Assembly (NCBI GenBank): GCA_048938385.1
Contig: JBHLMG010000022.1
Location: 1-37,493, forward strand
From: Promethearchaeota archaeon
GTDB taxonomy: Archaea > Asgardarchaeota > Hermodarchaeia > Hermodarchaeales > Hermodarchaeaceae
Direction: 5' to 3'
DNA length: 37,493 nt
Below the pieces are notes generated by a model that had not been told where the DNA came from, did no database searches, and worked only from the letters and a program-made list of their open reading frames with translations. Below are positions 8,730 to 17,020 of this stretch, in pieces. Numbering within the stretch: position 1 is the first letter of the stretch; the number at the start of each line of letters is the position of its first letter. The translations under genes were made by a program, and so were the position numbers.

Positions 8730-9572
8730 ATGACATCACCTTCTTGGGATGATGCCTGTCTCACATCTGAGGTGTTAGCGGAGCGAGGGCAGCCCGAACC
8801 GAGATTATTGAGGGGCTTTTCAGCTTACCTCGTTGCTAAAAACAAGCGAATCAGTACCATTTTGAAAGAAGATCCCAACTTGATTCAGCTTAAACGAGGG
8901 CTATTTGCTCGAAATCGTTCTAATAACGGAAAAGCATGGATGTCCTATGTTAACACTTCGGGCATTTTACTACTTATTCCGCGACGAGACATTACAAAAC
9001 TTAGTGTAACCGCACAAGATGAATTAGGAGGAATGCGAAGACGCTTCGTCCTCATAATTCATAATTCATTACAAACGGAGCTACTTCGCAAGCAGTTCTC
9101 TCGCATCCTCGAGCGGACACCCGTCATTCGCGTTCGACCAGGACTGCTTCTGGCTCCTCAAATTCCAACTTCACGATATCGAAAGTATGAAGGTGTCCTT
9201 CAACGTCCTAGTAAACTCCTCACTAAGCTCGCTAGTTTAGGGTCACCCGTATGGTATGTTCCTCGTGTTGAGATTATACACCCGAAAGCCCATGAAGTAA
9301 TCGAAGGGTTCATGAGAACCACAATTGAACATCGAGCTCGCCGAATCGTTCAAATGTGTAAAAAACTATACATTGACCTGAAACAACCTCCTGAAGGGCT
9401 TACTCATCCTACTGTTGTCCAGAAGCGATTGAACAGGATTAAACGCCATCTTCGTTATCTTCGATGGCAATCTAGGTTTTTCAAGGAAGAACTCGGTATG
9501 GATCTTCAAATGCTTGTTAATCGTGCCCTTTCTGCAGCAAGTCGCGTCCAAAAACAAGTGAAAAAAATGTGA
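8730..9572 (+). CDS. Basic protein with a PaaX/ChrB-N-like (Cas2-type ferredoxin fold) central domain; possible regulator
   Basis: RFVLIIH...LRKQFSRILE..PVIRVRPGLLLAP followed by a helical hairpin ending ..RL.RIKR.L......FF, resembling ChrB-N/PaaX patterns; strongly Arg/Lys-rich. Confidence 0.55.
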   Translation: MTSPSWDDACLTSEVLAERGQPEPRLLRGFSAYLVAKNKRISTILKEDPNLIQLKRGLFARNRSNNGKAWMSYVNTSGILLLIPRRDITKLSVTAQDELGGMRRRFVLIIHNSLQTELLRKQFSRILERTPVIRVRPGLLLAPQIPTSRYRKYEGVLQRPSKLLTKLASLGSPVWYVPRVEIIHPKAHEVIEGFMRTTIEHRARRIVQMCKKLYIDLKQPPEGLTHPTVVQKRLNRIKRHLRYLRWQSRFFKEELGMDLQMLVNRALSAASRVQKQVKKM

Positions 9573-9780
9573 CGGTTCACAAAGCCGATTCTTTCTCCTC
9601 TTTCTTGATATTTACCCAGATTATAACTTCATTTATCAAAAATGACAATACTTATCCTATTTTTAGGAAACAGGGGAATTATGAAATTCAAAAGGTCAAT
9701 TTAACCTTCATTATCACCTTTTTCATTATGAAATATATTGAATTAGAAGATATACTCTGGCAAAATTTAGGGTGATTTCC

Positions 9781-9852
9781 ATGGCTAAAAAGAAGTCAGG
9801 AAAGAAGAGTAAGAAGAGTAAGACAGCCACTGAAAAGAAAGGTAAGAAATAA
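9781..9852 (+). CDS. Lys-rich micro-protein MAKKKSGKKSKKSKTATEKKGKK (23 aa)
   Basis: Hand-translated; GGGTGA SD just upstream; AT-rich promoter-like region before it; 12 of 23 residues are Lys. Confidence 0.7.
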   Translation: MAKKKSGKKSKKSKTATEKKGKK

Positions 9853-9993
9853 CGCTTGCTAATCTTTTCAATGACTACTCATTCCCTATATCTTTACCCG
9901 GACTCAGGATGGTCACAAACCCTCTTGGGAACGGGTATTGATTGATTTTGGAACTGTCACAAAGTTCCTTCCACTCAAAGGAGTTGAAACAAC

Positions 9994-10074
9994 ATGATCG
10001 ACTACAGGTATCAACCTGAAGACGATGACGAAGAATGGGAAGAAGATTGGGAAGAAGACGAGGAGGATTGGTAA
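9994..10074 (+). CDS. Acidic Trp-rich micro-protein MIDYRYQPEDDDEEWEEDWEEDEEDW (26 aa)
   Basis: Hand-translated; AAAGGAG SD upstream; in-frame TGA at 9985-9987 fixes the start; T-tract downstream; 16 of 26 residues are Asp/Glu. Confidence 0.75.
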   Translation: MIDYRYQPEDDDEEWEEDWEEDEEDW

Positions 10075-10114
10075 AAACCTTCTCGTCTCCCCTGTTTTTT
10101 TTACCAATTGATTT

Positions 10115-10609
10115 TTATCCAAACCATTCAGTTGCTAAGAATAACCCTCCTGGAGCCTTTTGACCTCGAGGATATTCGAGGGGTTGGTTTAGCTGGTTTT
10201 CAAGAACTAGGAGAAGCTGGTTAAGGGTTCGTTCGTTTAACCAGACAGTAACTGCCTTGTTTCGCAATTTAAAAATTCGTTTATCCTCAGCATTAGTGCG
10301 CATGCGGATGATAAGCCAGATCTGCCATTCGATCTCGACTTTGTACTCCTCAGCATATCGAACTACATCTAAATCATCCGGTGGATTGCACAAGAACTTC
10401 CGTGTGCTCTGACCACGCGTGTCATATTCTTCAGGCATGGTTTTCAAGGCATCTCGCATAGCCAACAGGGCTTTATCGGAACCCATGAAGAAGATTTCAG
10501 GACGCCATTCTTCTTGCTGGGAATGACGGATTCGCCAAACATAGAACGCTAAATCGGTAAACACCTGGGATTCTTGAGTTGACAAAAGGAGTCTTCTCCA
10601 CTTGTGCAT
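10115..10609 (-). CDS. Hypothetical alpha/beta protein (about 155-164 aa)
   Basis: ORF track; globular composition; converges on the acidic micro-ORF. Confidence 0.75.
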   Translation of the reverse strand: MHKWRRLLLSTQESQVFTDLAFYVWRIRHSQQEEWRPEIFFMGSDKALLAMRDALKTMPEEYDTRGQSTRKFLCNPPDDLDVVRYAEEYKVEIEWQIWLIIRMRTNAEDKRIFKLRNKAVTVWLNERTLNQLLLVLENQLNQPLEYPRGQKAPGGLFLATEWFG

Positions 10610-10781
10610 TGAAGCGCCTATAATCAGGTAACTAGATGATAAAAGAACAGATGGTTGTTGTCGAGCAAGAGCTTAGTTTTTGTTATTCAAGATTGATTAC
10701 TAAGGCAGGTTTGATAGCGCAATTTTTTTGTGTGCAGGTGTCTCATGTAGTGCACACGCAACCAAACAGGGGCCGTTCATT

Positions 10782-10850
10782 ATGCGAAAAAAATGGAAGA
10801 AGAAACGAGCCCGAAAAATTAGAAGAAAGCGTCGTAAGAAGCAGAAGTAA
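10782..10850 (+). CDS. rpl41e: Ribosomal protein eL41 (L41e, also called eS32), MRKKWKKKRARKIRRKRRKKQK
   Basis: Hand-translated 22 aa; aligns without gaps to eukaryotic eL41 [25 protein letters not shown] (MR-x-KW-x-KKR-x-R...RKRRK); T-tract follows the stop. Confidence 0.9.
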   Translation: MRKKWKKKRARKIRRKRRKKQK

Positions 10851-11163
10851 TTTTTCTTTATTCGTCGGCTGCTTAGCTTGTTTTAGGAATTTAAAGTAAC
10901 TAAGCATCTTAGTAGAAGGTTCTGTGATCTCTGCATTAATAGAATGCAACATTTTGAAGAAAATCTAATACACAAGTCTATTCCGGTTCATAAAGCCCAA
11001 CAAGAGGAATTCAACTTATTATTACCTCTAGTGATTTAGCATACAGCCTGTTCTTTGCGATGTAATAGGTGAAAAAAAAGTTCGCCCAGATTAACCGTAG
11101 CCTTAATAGGCGTGTTTTTTGAGAGTCCAGGATAACAACCAGCTTGCAAAGGAATGAGATAAC

Positions 11164-11799
11164 ATGGGACGTAAATTAATCGGATTGTCCGTAGGCTTCC
11201 TCCTCACTATGGCATTGGCGTATTTCCTCTTCCCCATTTCGTATGCGGGAATTATCCACTGGTTTGCTCCCTACTTAGGCCCTTGGCTTCGCTTCTTCTT
11301 CATGTACTTGTTCATCATCTTCGCACATCCCCTAACCTTTCCAACAATTATTGCGATCTGGGTTGGTATCGGTTTAGTCACTGGTCTTTTTATCCGCACC
11401 ATTGGTGGCACGATCGGTATCAGCATTGTCATCTTCGGACTCACTTTTCTTATGCTAATCTTTGGACTTCTGGCAATGATCTTTCCCTTAGTCCTTGAGG
11501 GTTCTATTGGGTCACTCGACTTCTTGGCTATTCTCTCCAATATCCCTCCGGATGTATCGCTCTTTGATGTTATTCAAGCCCCTGTGATTGGTCCGATAAT
11601 CGAATCTATTACTGGCGGACTCGGTGGCCTATTCGGCGGTGGAACTACAGATCCATCAGCACTACTCGGATTACTTCAATCTACTGTGATTAATAGTATC
11701 GTGATTCCTCCAATCGCGAATTTCGTTATTTTTGTAATCGCTGGAGTGATTGGGGCAATCATCGGACGGATGATTCTTCCCCCTCATAGAAATCTATAG
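11164..11799 (+). CDS. Polytopic membrane protein (about 5 TM)
   Basis: Hydrophobic segments throughout; 12 nt before the next gene, so likely co-transcribed. Confidence 0.85.
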   Translation: MGRKLIGLSVGFLLTMALAYFLFPISYAGIIHWFAPYLGPWLRFFFMYLFIIFAHPLTFPTIIAIWVGIGLVTGLFIRTIGGTIGISIVIFGLTFLMLIFGLLAMIFPLVLEGSIGSLDFLAILSNIPPDVSLFDVIQAPVIGPIIESITGGLGGLFGGGTTDPSALLGLLQSTVINSIVIPPIANFVIFVIAGVIGAIIGRMILPPHRNL

Positions 11800-11811
11800 G
11801 AGAAAAGAAAA

Positions 11812-13656
11812 ATGAAACGAACAAAACTCATAACTTTAACAATTCTCACAGCAACACTTGGCATCCTATTGGTTCTCAGCAGCTTCCTTCCTCTCTTAAT
11901 TCAACGACCACCAATTTACGAAACTTCTGATGAATACATTCCCTACCAACAAGAATCTGCTCCTCCACAGTTGAATTTAGCCCCAATACAGAACTTTACC
12001 TTTGAGGGTGAGGCAGACATGACTACCTTTATTGTTGGATCGGACGGGTCCATGACCAGCACGATCATAGCGGCTGGTGATATAGGTGATATCGACCCCA
12101 CACAATCCCATTACGCTGAATGCGCACTTGCGCTCAGCCTCTTTCGCTGGGGTGACTACCTCGATGTATTCACAAGTCTTATGGCCTTTCTCACCAACGA
12201 TTCAGGCGGTGGAGGGGGTTCAGAGCTGGATATGCTCTTTGGCTTATTGGACTTGCTCCCCCCGAATGCCCTATTTATGATCTTCATTGGCGGTAGTCAA
12301 GCAGAGATTCAAGGGTGGGGATATCAAATTAGTCAAGACTTCACATCCACTATAGGTATCTCCTTTACTCGAATTTTCGGAATGGTTGTCCCCCTTTCTC
12401 CAACGGAAACCTTTGGCATCGAGGCATACGGATATTATGGTGAAAGCAGCCCTGATCCCGTGGATATCCAGGGTCGTGACGCTTTCCAAAATTACATGGA
12501 ATATCTTGGGTCCAGCCGCAACGGAGGTAGTGAACTCGTAACGCCTACCCTTGCAGATGATTCTGTAGGTGGCGTTGGACTAGCGGGCTTCATTAACTTT
12601 GCAGCCCTTGGAGGTATGGGCTCACCTGCACCTCTACCCATCAAAGCTCCAATGCAAACGAACGAGAGCATCACCATTGCTGCCTGGGCAAGTCGACACG
12701 AAGACAAATTCTTTGGTCGTACTGAACAGACCTTTGATGTCAACGACTTCACTGGTCGTTCTGAAAATATCACCATCGGATCTTTGGATATCTTCGAATT
12801 CATGATGATGTTTCCAAGTGATGTCAACATAACCTCCTATGTACCCACTGACATGGTAAACAGCACCACACCTGAATTTGTCATGGTCTTACGATCCACA
12901 ACCCATTGGATCAATAACGCCAGCTCCGTAGAAAATATCATTGTTAATTTTGAAGGCGACTTCCCACCAGGTCTTACTATCCAAAAAACGCTGACCTCCA
13001 GCCGAATCCCAGTAGGTGGCACGACCACAGTCACAATTACACTAACTAACATCGATCCAACAATAACTGTAACCAATGTTCAAGTTGACGATACACACAG
13101 CTGGGACGCTTACTTAGCCTTAACTTCAAGCCATGTTATTTTCACCGGCTCCATGTCTGCTAATTGGGCAAGCATTGCACCCGGTCAAAGTGTCTCCTTA
13201 ACTTACCAAATCACCATTACTGGTGAAGGAGGGTATGTTTCTCAACGCACGAATGTTACATACGAGGATGACTTGGCACGAACATGGGAGAAATCCAGTA
13301 ACCAGGTCTATCTCACCGTAGCTTATGCCTCTATCTTTGATTTTCTCCTAACGATCCTTCGAGATATTCCATGGTCTATACCCGTGCTAATCGTTGTCGC
13401 CTTAATGGTACTCTATGTAATTATCTGGCTAATCCAAACCATTCTTGGCATCTTCAGAGGGTCAAAAACGGCTACATCCAAACCCCCGCCACCTCCCACT
13501 ACTCCGACTGCTCCGACACCTAAACCTCCCCCTCCCCCAGAGTTTGAATCGCTAGACAAAGAGTATGGTGAGGCCGTCTGTTCTTACTGTGGAGGACTCA
13601 TACCTCCAGGCGTTAGCTTTTGTCCAGCCTGTGGCTCAAAAGTCTCTGAGATTTAA
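11812..13656 (+). CDS. Cell-surface protein: signal/anchor, Ig-like (DUF11/CARDB-type) domain, TM helix, poly-Pro linker, C-terminal zinc ribbon
   Basis: N-terminal hydrophobic segment; LTIQKTL...VTITLTN...NVQVDD...IAPGQSVSLTYQI; TM; KPPPPPTTPTAPTPKPPPPP; CSYCGG...FCPACG. Confidence 0.85.
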   Translation: MKRTKLITLTILTATLGILLVLSSFLPLLIQRPPIYETSDEYIPYQQESAPPQLNLAPIQNFTFEGEADMTTFIVGSDGSMTSTIIAAGDIGDIDPTQSHYAECALALSLFRWGDYLDVFTSLMAFLTNDSGGGGGSELDMLFGLLDLLPPNALFMIFIGGSQAEIQGWGYQISQDFTSTIGISFTRIFGMVVPLSPTETFGIEAYGYYGESSPDPVDIQGRDAFQNYMEYLGSSRNGGSELVTPTLADDSVGGVGLAGFINFAALGGMGSPAPLPIKAPMQTNESITIAAWASRHEDKFFGRTEQTFDVNDFTGRSENITIGSLDIFEFMMMFPSDVNITSYVPTDMVNSTTPEFVMVLRSTTHWINNASSVENIIVNFEGDFPPGLTIQKTLTSSRIPVGGTTTVTITLTNIDPTITVTNVQVDDTHSWDAYLALTSSHVIFTGSMSANWASIAPGQSVSLTYQITITGEGGYVSQRTNVTYEDDLARTWEKSSNQVYLTVAYASIFDFLLTILRDIPWSIPVLIVVALMVLYVIIWLIQTILGIFRGSKTATSKPPPPPTTPTAPTPKPPPPPEFESLDKEYGEAVCSYCGGLIPPGVSFCPACGSKVSEI

Positions 13657-13663
13657 CCTAAAC

Positions 13664-13700
13664 GCCCCTTCATTTGTGAAGGGGCTCTTCACTCTTTTTC
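13664..13700 (+). terminator. Hairpin GCCCCTTCA-TTTG-TGAAGGGGC followed by a pyrimidine/T-rich tail
   Basis: Perfect 9-bp stem 7 nt after the stop codon, then TCTTCACTCTTTTTC. Confidence 0.65.
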
Positions 13701-13777
13701 TTAATCTCTTGAAGAGAAATCCTTTTACCATCCGTTTAGAGTATCTCTATCAAGGTTTCGTGTGAGGGTCATTCTTA

Positions 13778-14500
13778 ATGCAATTACGCAAGACCGGAAT
13801 TCAAGGGCTAGATAAACTTCTAAACGGTGGTCTTCCTACAGATGGTTTCACCTTAGTCGTGGGTGATGCAGGCACTGGTAAAAGCCTCTTTGCCCGCCAA
13901 TTCCTCTGGGAGGGCATGCACAAGGAAGAACACAGTATCTTCATTTTAACAGAAACCCATCGCCAGGCCCTGAATCGGTTCCTCTTGGACTTTAACTGGG
14001 ACTTCACACCTTATGAGGGCAAGAACCTCCGCCTTATTGAGGGCTTCACCCTCAGCTACCCCGACGCGTTGATGAAACACGAAGAGGATGAACACGAGTT
14101 TACCCTAGATGCTTTGAACCTAGACAAGCTCACCCACCTACTTACCACGGCCACAATCCAACTCGGTAATGACGGACGTTGCATCCTCGATAGCGTCAGC
14201 GACCTTTTCATTCTTTTAGGCGACGATCGCAAAGTCCTTCGCTTCCTTCGACGCGCTAAAGTTTACCTTGCAGGGGAAAGCTACAGCACGGTCATGACCC
14301 TCGACCCACACACTCAAGGAACAATCGCTACGCGTGCAGCCATGCATATTGCTGACGGCATTATCGAAATCCAACTTCGCGAAGATCCTGAAGGGGAAGG
14401 GCTTCTCCGAGAAATTCGTGTTCGTGCCATGCCTCAAGGGCATGATAGTGCTTGGCACCCTCTAACAATCACACCAAAGGGATTAATCGTTGGTGATTAA
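13778..14500 (+). CDS. Single-domain KaiC/RAD55/GvpD family RecA-like ATPase
   Basis: KTGIQGLDKLLNGGLP, Walker A GDAGTGKS, Walker B RCILDS and HIADGIIE. Confidence 0.92.
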   Translation: MQLRKTGIQGLDKLLNGGLPTDGFTLVVGDAGTGKSLFARQFLWEGMHKEEHSIFILTETHRQALNRFLLDFNWDFTPYEGKNLRLIEGFTLSYPDALMKHEEDEHEFTLDALNLDKLTHLLTTATIQLGNDGRCILDSVSDLFILLGDDRKVLRFLRRAKVYLAGESYSTVMTLDPHTQGTIATRAAMHIADGIIEIQLREDPEGEGLLREIRVRAMPQGHDSAWHPLTITPKGLIVGD

Positions 14501-14992
14501 TCGATCTGCTTTTTCATAGGTATATAATTTTAATTGAAGCTTCTTTAGCAAATCGCTTAGCCTGTTGTTGTGAAGTGTTTGCTTTTCTTTACTTCTATTA
14601 GTTTAGTATATTATTTGTTATTTTAAATTATTATTGTTGACTAAAAGGGCACTCACAAATTTTCTGTGGGGCGAAATACTACTTTATATTTCTATACTTT
14701 TCATAAAACTTTTGACCTATATTTTATTAATCATACACTATAACTAATAATAGTTTATCAAACCTAAATGGCCTCACTCACTTTCTTGAAATCGAAAAAC
14801 ATATATGTTCTTTGATATGTTCAAACTACGGCAATAGGTTTTGTTTCACATAGAAAATCTCGAGAATGGATTTAATAGAACTCACGCTCTAGCCTTGTAA
14901 AGGGTGTTTTTAACCCTCGGGAAGAAGATCGCTAGTACCTTTCATATTGATTAACATGTGGCCAACGAATTAGGGGGTGGGGCGGTCTGGTT

Positions 14993-15391
14993 TTAAGTAT
15001 CGCCACCAGCTAGCCGGGCGAGGGCAACTTTAATGGCGTGGCGGACGATTAGTTCGGGTTCGATTTTAAGGCGTTCCTGCAAGAACTCTTCTGCCCGCAT
15101 CTCGCCAAGCTCACCCAAGGCAGAAGCTGCAGCTTGGCGAACATACAAGTCAGCATCTTCTAACCGTTGGAGTATGGGGTCGACGGCTTTCCAGTCGCCT
15201 AAAACCGCTAACGCTTCAACAGCGGCTTTTCGGACATAGAGGTTCTCATCTGCAAGGGCCGTGATGAGGGGGTCAACAGCGTCTCGATCACCAAGCTTCC
15301 CGAGATTGTGGGCTGCGAGTACCTGTTCTTTTGGATCATCGCCCTCTAAGAGCGCTTTAATGAGCTTCTGAAGAGATTCACCGTTGGTCAT
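14993..15391 (-). CDS. PBS-lyase HEAT-repeat protein
   Basis: Tandem repeats AVDPLITALADENLYVRKAAVEAL and AVDPILQRLEDADLYVRQAAASALG. Confidence 0.92.
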   Translation of the reverse strand: MTNGESLQKLIKALLEGDDPKEQVLAAHNLGKLGDRDAVDPLITALADENLYVRKAAVEALAVLGDWKAVDPILQRLEDADLYVRQAAASALGELGEMRAEEFLQERLKIEPELIVRHAIKVALARLAGGDT

Positions 15392-15676
15392 TTCTTTTCA
15401 CATTAAATGCGTTCGTAAGGATACGTTTCTTGAGAGGCATAAACGTTACGATATTCCTGCCATCAGGCTCACATGTTTTCTATACATCGAATTTAGCATG
15501 ATTGCTTCTATATTTTTAACTAAACGGTTTATTATATATAGGTGTTATGCTTGATTAATTGTATAGGCTTAGTTTTAATCTAATGTTGCCGTCTCTTATT
15601 TTCTACAGGACGAAATCTTCAAATATATCGTGTATTTAATAATAAAAATACTATACTTATTTCACTTACAACTCCA

Positions 15677-15731
15677 CTTACCTCCCTGAATTCAGGAAAG
15701 TAAGAGAGGGCCAGGATAAACCCTAGCCCTC
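15677..15731 (-). other. Two back-to-back stem-loops in the xerA 3' UTR
   Basis: Minus strand GAGGGCTAGG-GTTTAT-CCTGGCCCTC and CTTACTTTCCTG-AATT-CAGGGAGGTAAG; both stems are fully paired only on the minus strand, using G.U pairs. Confidence 0.55.
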
Positions 15732-15749
15732 CAAGTCATTGTTGACTTA

Positions 15750-16694
15750 TCAAGCCGGTTCTGGTTCAGTCTCAGCCAAGGGATGAGTGCGTTGGAACAC
15801 AGCGCGTTCGTGGGTTAAGGATACATGTGTGTAGATCTGCGTCGTCGCAAGATTGGCGTGTCCCAGGAGTTCTTGTAGCACTCTGACATCTGCGCCGCGT
15901 TCTAACATATGGGTAGCAAATGAGTGGCGTAAAACATGGGGTGTAACCTTTGAAATGAGTCCTGCTCTGGTGGCAACCTCACGAACAGCTCGTTGAACAG
16001 TTAAAGGGGAGATTCGTTTGTTGCGACGACTTAAAAAGAGTGGACCTTCAGCTGGTCGAAACTTGATGTATTCGACGATTGCATTCATGGCTGGGGGCGT
16101 CAGCAAAACGATGCGTTCCTTTTCGCCTTTTCCTCGTACCCGAATGCTAGCATCAGCAAAGTCGATATCTTCGATGTTCATGTCACAGAGTTCAGATACC
16201 CGGATTCCCGTACTGTAGAGAACCTGTAGTATTGTATAAGTTCGAAGAGGGTATTTCTCCATGTTCTGAGCTGCCCAGAGGAGCTGTTTAACTTCTTCTG
16301 GTGATGCAGATCGTGGGAGGCTCTGTCCTAGCTTAGGCGTGATTAATGTCGTGGTTGGATCTTCAGAGATCAAGTGTTCTCGTTTGAGGAATCTGAAGAA
16401 TGATCGTAAACAAGCGAGTTTTCGGCGTAGAGAGCTGTTAGCATACTCTTTCTCAGTTTTTAGGTGGTTGAGGAACATTCGGATGTGGTGTGATTTTACT
16501 TGGGTGGGGACGGTACCTACATAGTTGAAGAACATCTCAAGATCGTAGCGATAAACGCGAGAGGTTTGGAGGCTCCCACCTCGTTCGATGGTGATGTGTT
16601 CCATAAATCGATCAATGCCTTCACTAACTGTAATAGTGGTGGAGTTGTAGGGAGTATCAAATGGGGGACTTACGGTATTCATCAATAGGGTCAC
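15750..16694 (-). CDS. xerA: XerC/D-like tyrosine recombinase (XerA type); start may be ATG 16682
   Basis: N-terminal SAM-like domain and a complete catalytic set: TGIRVSEL (R), GKGEKER (K), HVLRHSFATH (H-x-x-R), LGHA (H), TTQIY (Y). Confidence 0.88.
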   Translation of the reverse strand: MTLLMNTVSPPFDTPYNSTTITVSEGIDRFMEHITIERGGSLQTSRVYRYDLEMFFNYVGTVPTQVKSHHIRMFLNHLKTEKEYANSSLRRKLACLRSFFRFLKREHLISEDPTTTLITPKLGQSLPRSASPEEVKQLLWAAQNMEKYPLRTYTILQVLYSTGIRVSELCDMNIEDIDFADASIRVRGKGEKERIVLLTPPAMNAIVEYIKFRPAEGPLFLSRRNKRISPLTVQRAVREVATRAGLISKVTPHVLRHSFATHMLERGADVRVLQELLGHANLATTQIYTHVSLTHERAVFQRTHPLAETEPEPA

Positions 16695-17020
16695 CTAGTC
16701 GTATTCTTACTCATTCTTTGATTCTTGATTGCGATATAACGGCTGGTAATACCCTTGCACTTTGATTAGTCGGGGGTATTCCAATCCTTTTCTGAGTCTT
16801 CTAAGCATTTAGAAGCGCGTTAAAGCACCAATGAGGTAAAAACAAACTCCGATTCCTCTCTACCGTAACAGGATGTGGGTTTCTTCGTCATAAACTCACT
16901 TTGTTATGATTTTTGGAATCTGCATGGCTAGCAGCTATAAATACTGAGTAATACCAGCTTTCTTAGGGGATTTGATAGAAATTCATTGTTGCTTAAATCA
17001 CTTCCCAGCGGGGTGAAGCG

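Noticed and set aside
9569-9775. 68-aa ORF from the track
   Set aside because: AT-rich, F/I/N/K-biased and without family features; more likely the promoter region of the Lys-rich micro-ORF.
9913-10122. 69-aa minus-strand ORF with an apparent TM segment
   Set aside because: The hydrophobic F/P/L run is the antisense shadow of the GAA/GAT-rich acidic ORF, which has the SD and the T-tract.
10636-10952. 87-aa (+) and 69-aa (-) ORFs from the track
   Set aside because: Off-frame or antisense shadows of rpl41e.
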